A DNA stretch of 64,000 bases, taken from the NCBI GenBank assembly GCA_030141605.1, contig JAQGDQ010000076.1, positions 1-64,000 on the forward strand. Direction: 5' to 3'. The position numbers were made by a program, and so were the translations under genes. This document shows positions 61,306 to 64,000 of the stretch, one piece after another (position 1 is the stretch's first letter; each line of letters opens with the position of its first letter). The notes beneath the pieces were generated by a model. It was not told the DNA's origin. It did not search any database and worked only from the letters and a program-made list of their open reading frames with translations. Source of the stretch: Tubiluchus corallicola. Its lineage: Eukaryota; Animalia; Priapulida.

Positions 61306-64000
61306 CTTGCTTCTGGATCTGACGGTTAAAACTTTGTCGTTGATCTGTGACTACTATAATTTTGTTAATAGGACGGCTGCCTTTTTATAGCAGCCTCAAA
61401 AACTGTGCCTGGGAGTGGAAATTTACCAAAACTTTACCTGTCAATCAAACGATAAGAACCTACGCAGGTGAGAATGATAATGAAGACATTAGGAAAAGAT
61501 CACATGATTTTGGTCGTATGACTGCTGACAGTTCAAATACAGTTCAAATTTCAGTTACCAAATATTCAGGACCCATTTGCCTTATAGCTTAAATAGGCTA
61601 CACCGTAGGCCCCTCAACATTGGGGAGATCATGCTTAAAGATTTTTGGCTTTATTTTTTATTTCAGGAGGATATTTTAACGTTTTGCATTGATCTTTTGA
61701 TTCATTTAAAACAAAGCTAAACTTTAAAAAGGAAGAAGACTGAAAATGTAATTTTAAATATAAGCAACTATTTACACTACTGTGGTGTTGAAATATGTGC
61801 TAATTTGGTTTACTATAAATAGCAAAATAGTGATGAATTTGTAAAGAATATTTTTATTGACAAACAAAGGATAGCTCTTCTGGTTTATTTAGAATGTTTG
61901 CAACAAGTTTACTTGAAGCTTTGTACATGCCACTAAAACATATGATGAGCAAAAATATATTCATTACGGGTGCAGACGAGTTAGTGGGTGGCTCTGTCCG
62001 AGGAGGGCCCGACAATTTCATTAGCCTTCTGCACCAAGAAGGTTGTAAGTATTTTAAAAAGGGGGATTTATTGTCAATAATGAAAAAAACGAAATAAAAA
62101 CATTTTACATAGCACAAAGTCATGCCTATTTTACACATAGATTTATACATATATTATTATTTACATAACAACAATGTGGAACAGTTACTTCAACTTTAAA
62201 GAGTTACTGCTTTGCAGCTGTTTATACCTCTAATTTCCCAGCTAAGATTTTTTCTAAAAACAAAGAAAACAATATCCCAGAAATATTTTTTAAACAGAAA
62301 GAGAAAAATTTCGGTTTCATTTTCAATGCTCTGCTCTGATATTATCTTGGTAAATTTCCACTGCTGTTCAATGTTTTTCCACTTCGAATGTCTGATGTTT
62401 ACCCCTAATGTGTACTAATGAGATAAAAAAGTAACCTCTTACTAAACTCAATAATTTCTTTTAGCAAACACTAGTAGAATGGCGAACTCGAATGTTTGAT
62501 GTTAACCCCTAAAGTGTACTAATGAGATAAAAAACTTCTTAAGAAACTCCACAATTTTTTATAGCAAACACCAGTAGAATGGTTACTTTTGTAGTGCATG
62601 ACAACCTGGCAGTGGGTTGTATGACTTTTCTGAATCCACTTGTTGAATTGTCTCTTCCAATTTTGTTAATAGGGCAGCCAACTGTTTAAGGGGATCTTTA
62701 AGCAGGCGTAGTGCATGGTAATTTACCCAAATATTACATGTCATTTAATGGCAAGCATCTGTCATAATAAGTCTTAATGTAATTTACCAATACTTTACCT
62801 GTCGAACTAATTATTTTTCACTTTAAGTATTAATCTTAACGGTATCACGAATTGTTTACCTAATGATTGATAATATTGATGTATTGATTTTTATGTTCCA
62901 ATCTTGTGCTGCCATCTTTAGTCAAGAGTAGCATTATTTTCGATGAAGTTACCATTAAATGAAGCCATTTTTCTGTTAAGCTACCTTAAATATGTAATTA
63001 GGCAGAAGAAGATGAAATTCGTTTCGTTTCAACATGACTTGTATTTTTCAAGCGAAAATACGTTTAGCAACAATTTTTTCCATGATAATATTATGCCCGT
63101 GTTTGAACAAATGTGAAAGCTTCGTCGCTGTACTACTGAGGTCACTTCACCCAGAACTCGTTTCTGATTGGTCGGCTAGCTTTCGAGGGCTGGATATTAG
63201 ACATATTGGCCTACGTGGCGGGGAGAGTAGAATGGCCGTGTTGAAAAATGGTCTGATATAACTATATCATGGTTTCTTTTACGATGATTGAACAAGAAAA
63301 TGGATGGTTTGTTCATTACTATGTTCTTTTTATTCATTGGTGAACGCTGTTCCTCTTTTGTTGGTGAAACCTCGTCAGTTACGCAACTGCTGAGAGACAT
63401 TTGTTAAATTAGGCATTCGTTACATAGCCTAATCACCTCCTCGTTGGATAAAGATATTGTCACCTTTGACTTCACGTTCGATGATCTAAATCGCTTCCGT
63501 TCTGTGTGGGAACTCGGAGGAGATGATCTTCTCATTATCCGATCTCCAGAGACTCTACTACGTGTCCGGCCTGTTGGAGGGAAAGCTGTGTAAACCGAAT
63601 TCTGCTGCATTACCACAACGTGCGTGAGGAAGGACCGGTCCTACCCAAGTACTGGAGGAGACCTCGCCTTGTATGCAGGACGTCACGTGAGCGCAAGAAG
63701 TATTACAATATTCATATGTTACTATGTTATTTGTCAGCTAAATTAGACTGATTCATTGCAGTAACGATGTGGATTTAATTGTTTTACTCAGGTAACGATA
63801 ATTACTTAATGCCTAATATGGGCACATTATGTTCAAATGTTACATTGGTGTCAGAAGTTTTACCGAGTTTAATATTAATAGTATATAATTGATATTGCCT
63901 TCCTATTAGCACTTAAATGCAGTGGAACTGCTACGTTGGTTGTGAAAATGTCATAATTTTCAACCTGTTGCATAAATATTAGTAATTTGCTTAAACTGAT

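Overview
AT-rich, intron-rich animal (probably invertebrate) genomic DNA. All recognisable genes are on the minus strand and have to be spliced by hand, so the ORF track misses or mistranslates most of them. From right to left: (1) a signal-peptide protein with four Ig domains (about 52.5-61.3 kb); (2) a nearly intact RTE-clade LINE with one frameshift (47.5-51.4 kb); (3) a three-exon C1q globular domain (41.5-46.9 kb), possibly spliced to the Ig gene; (4) a Gypsy-type remnant with a perfect tRNA-Leu primer-binding site next to a 136-bp palindromic TG...CA element; (5) a complete 10-exon family-1 glycoside hydrolase, secreted and probably GPI-anchored (26.1-37.7 kb); (6) a partial LRR gene whose splice acceptor has been amplified into a minisatellite of about 39 copies; (7) a small, extremely acidic Glu/Asp repeat protein, probably secreted (15.1-16.4 kb); (8) a TTLL4-like glutamylase (ATP-grasp ligase) gene that runs off the left edge. 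The standout observation is that the TTLL4-like enzyme, a normally cytosolic family, starts with a signal-peptide exon, carries N-glycosylation sequons and has altered specificity residues. It lies directly downstream of the tubulin-tail-like acidic protein, which suggests a candidate secretory-pathway peptide-modification pair (inference, untested). Three minimal Penelope-type hammerhead ribozyme motifs, several MITEs and many micro/minisatellites are also present. All homology calls are from recalled motifs, not database searches.
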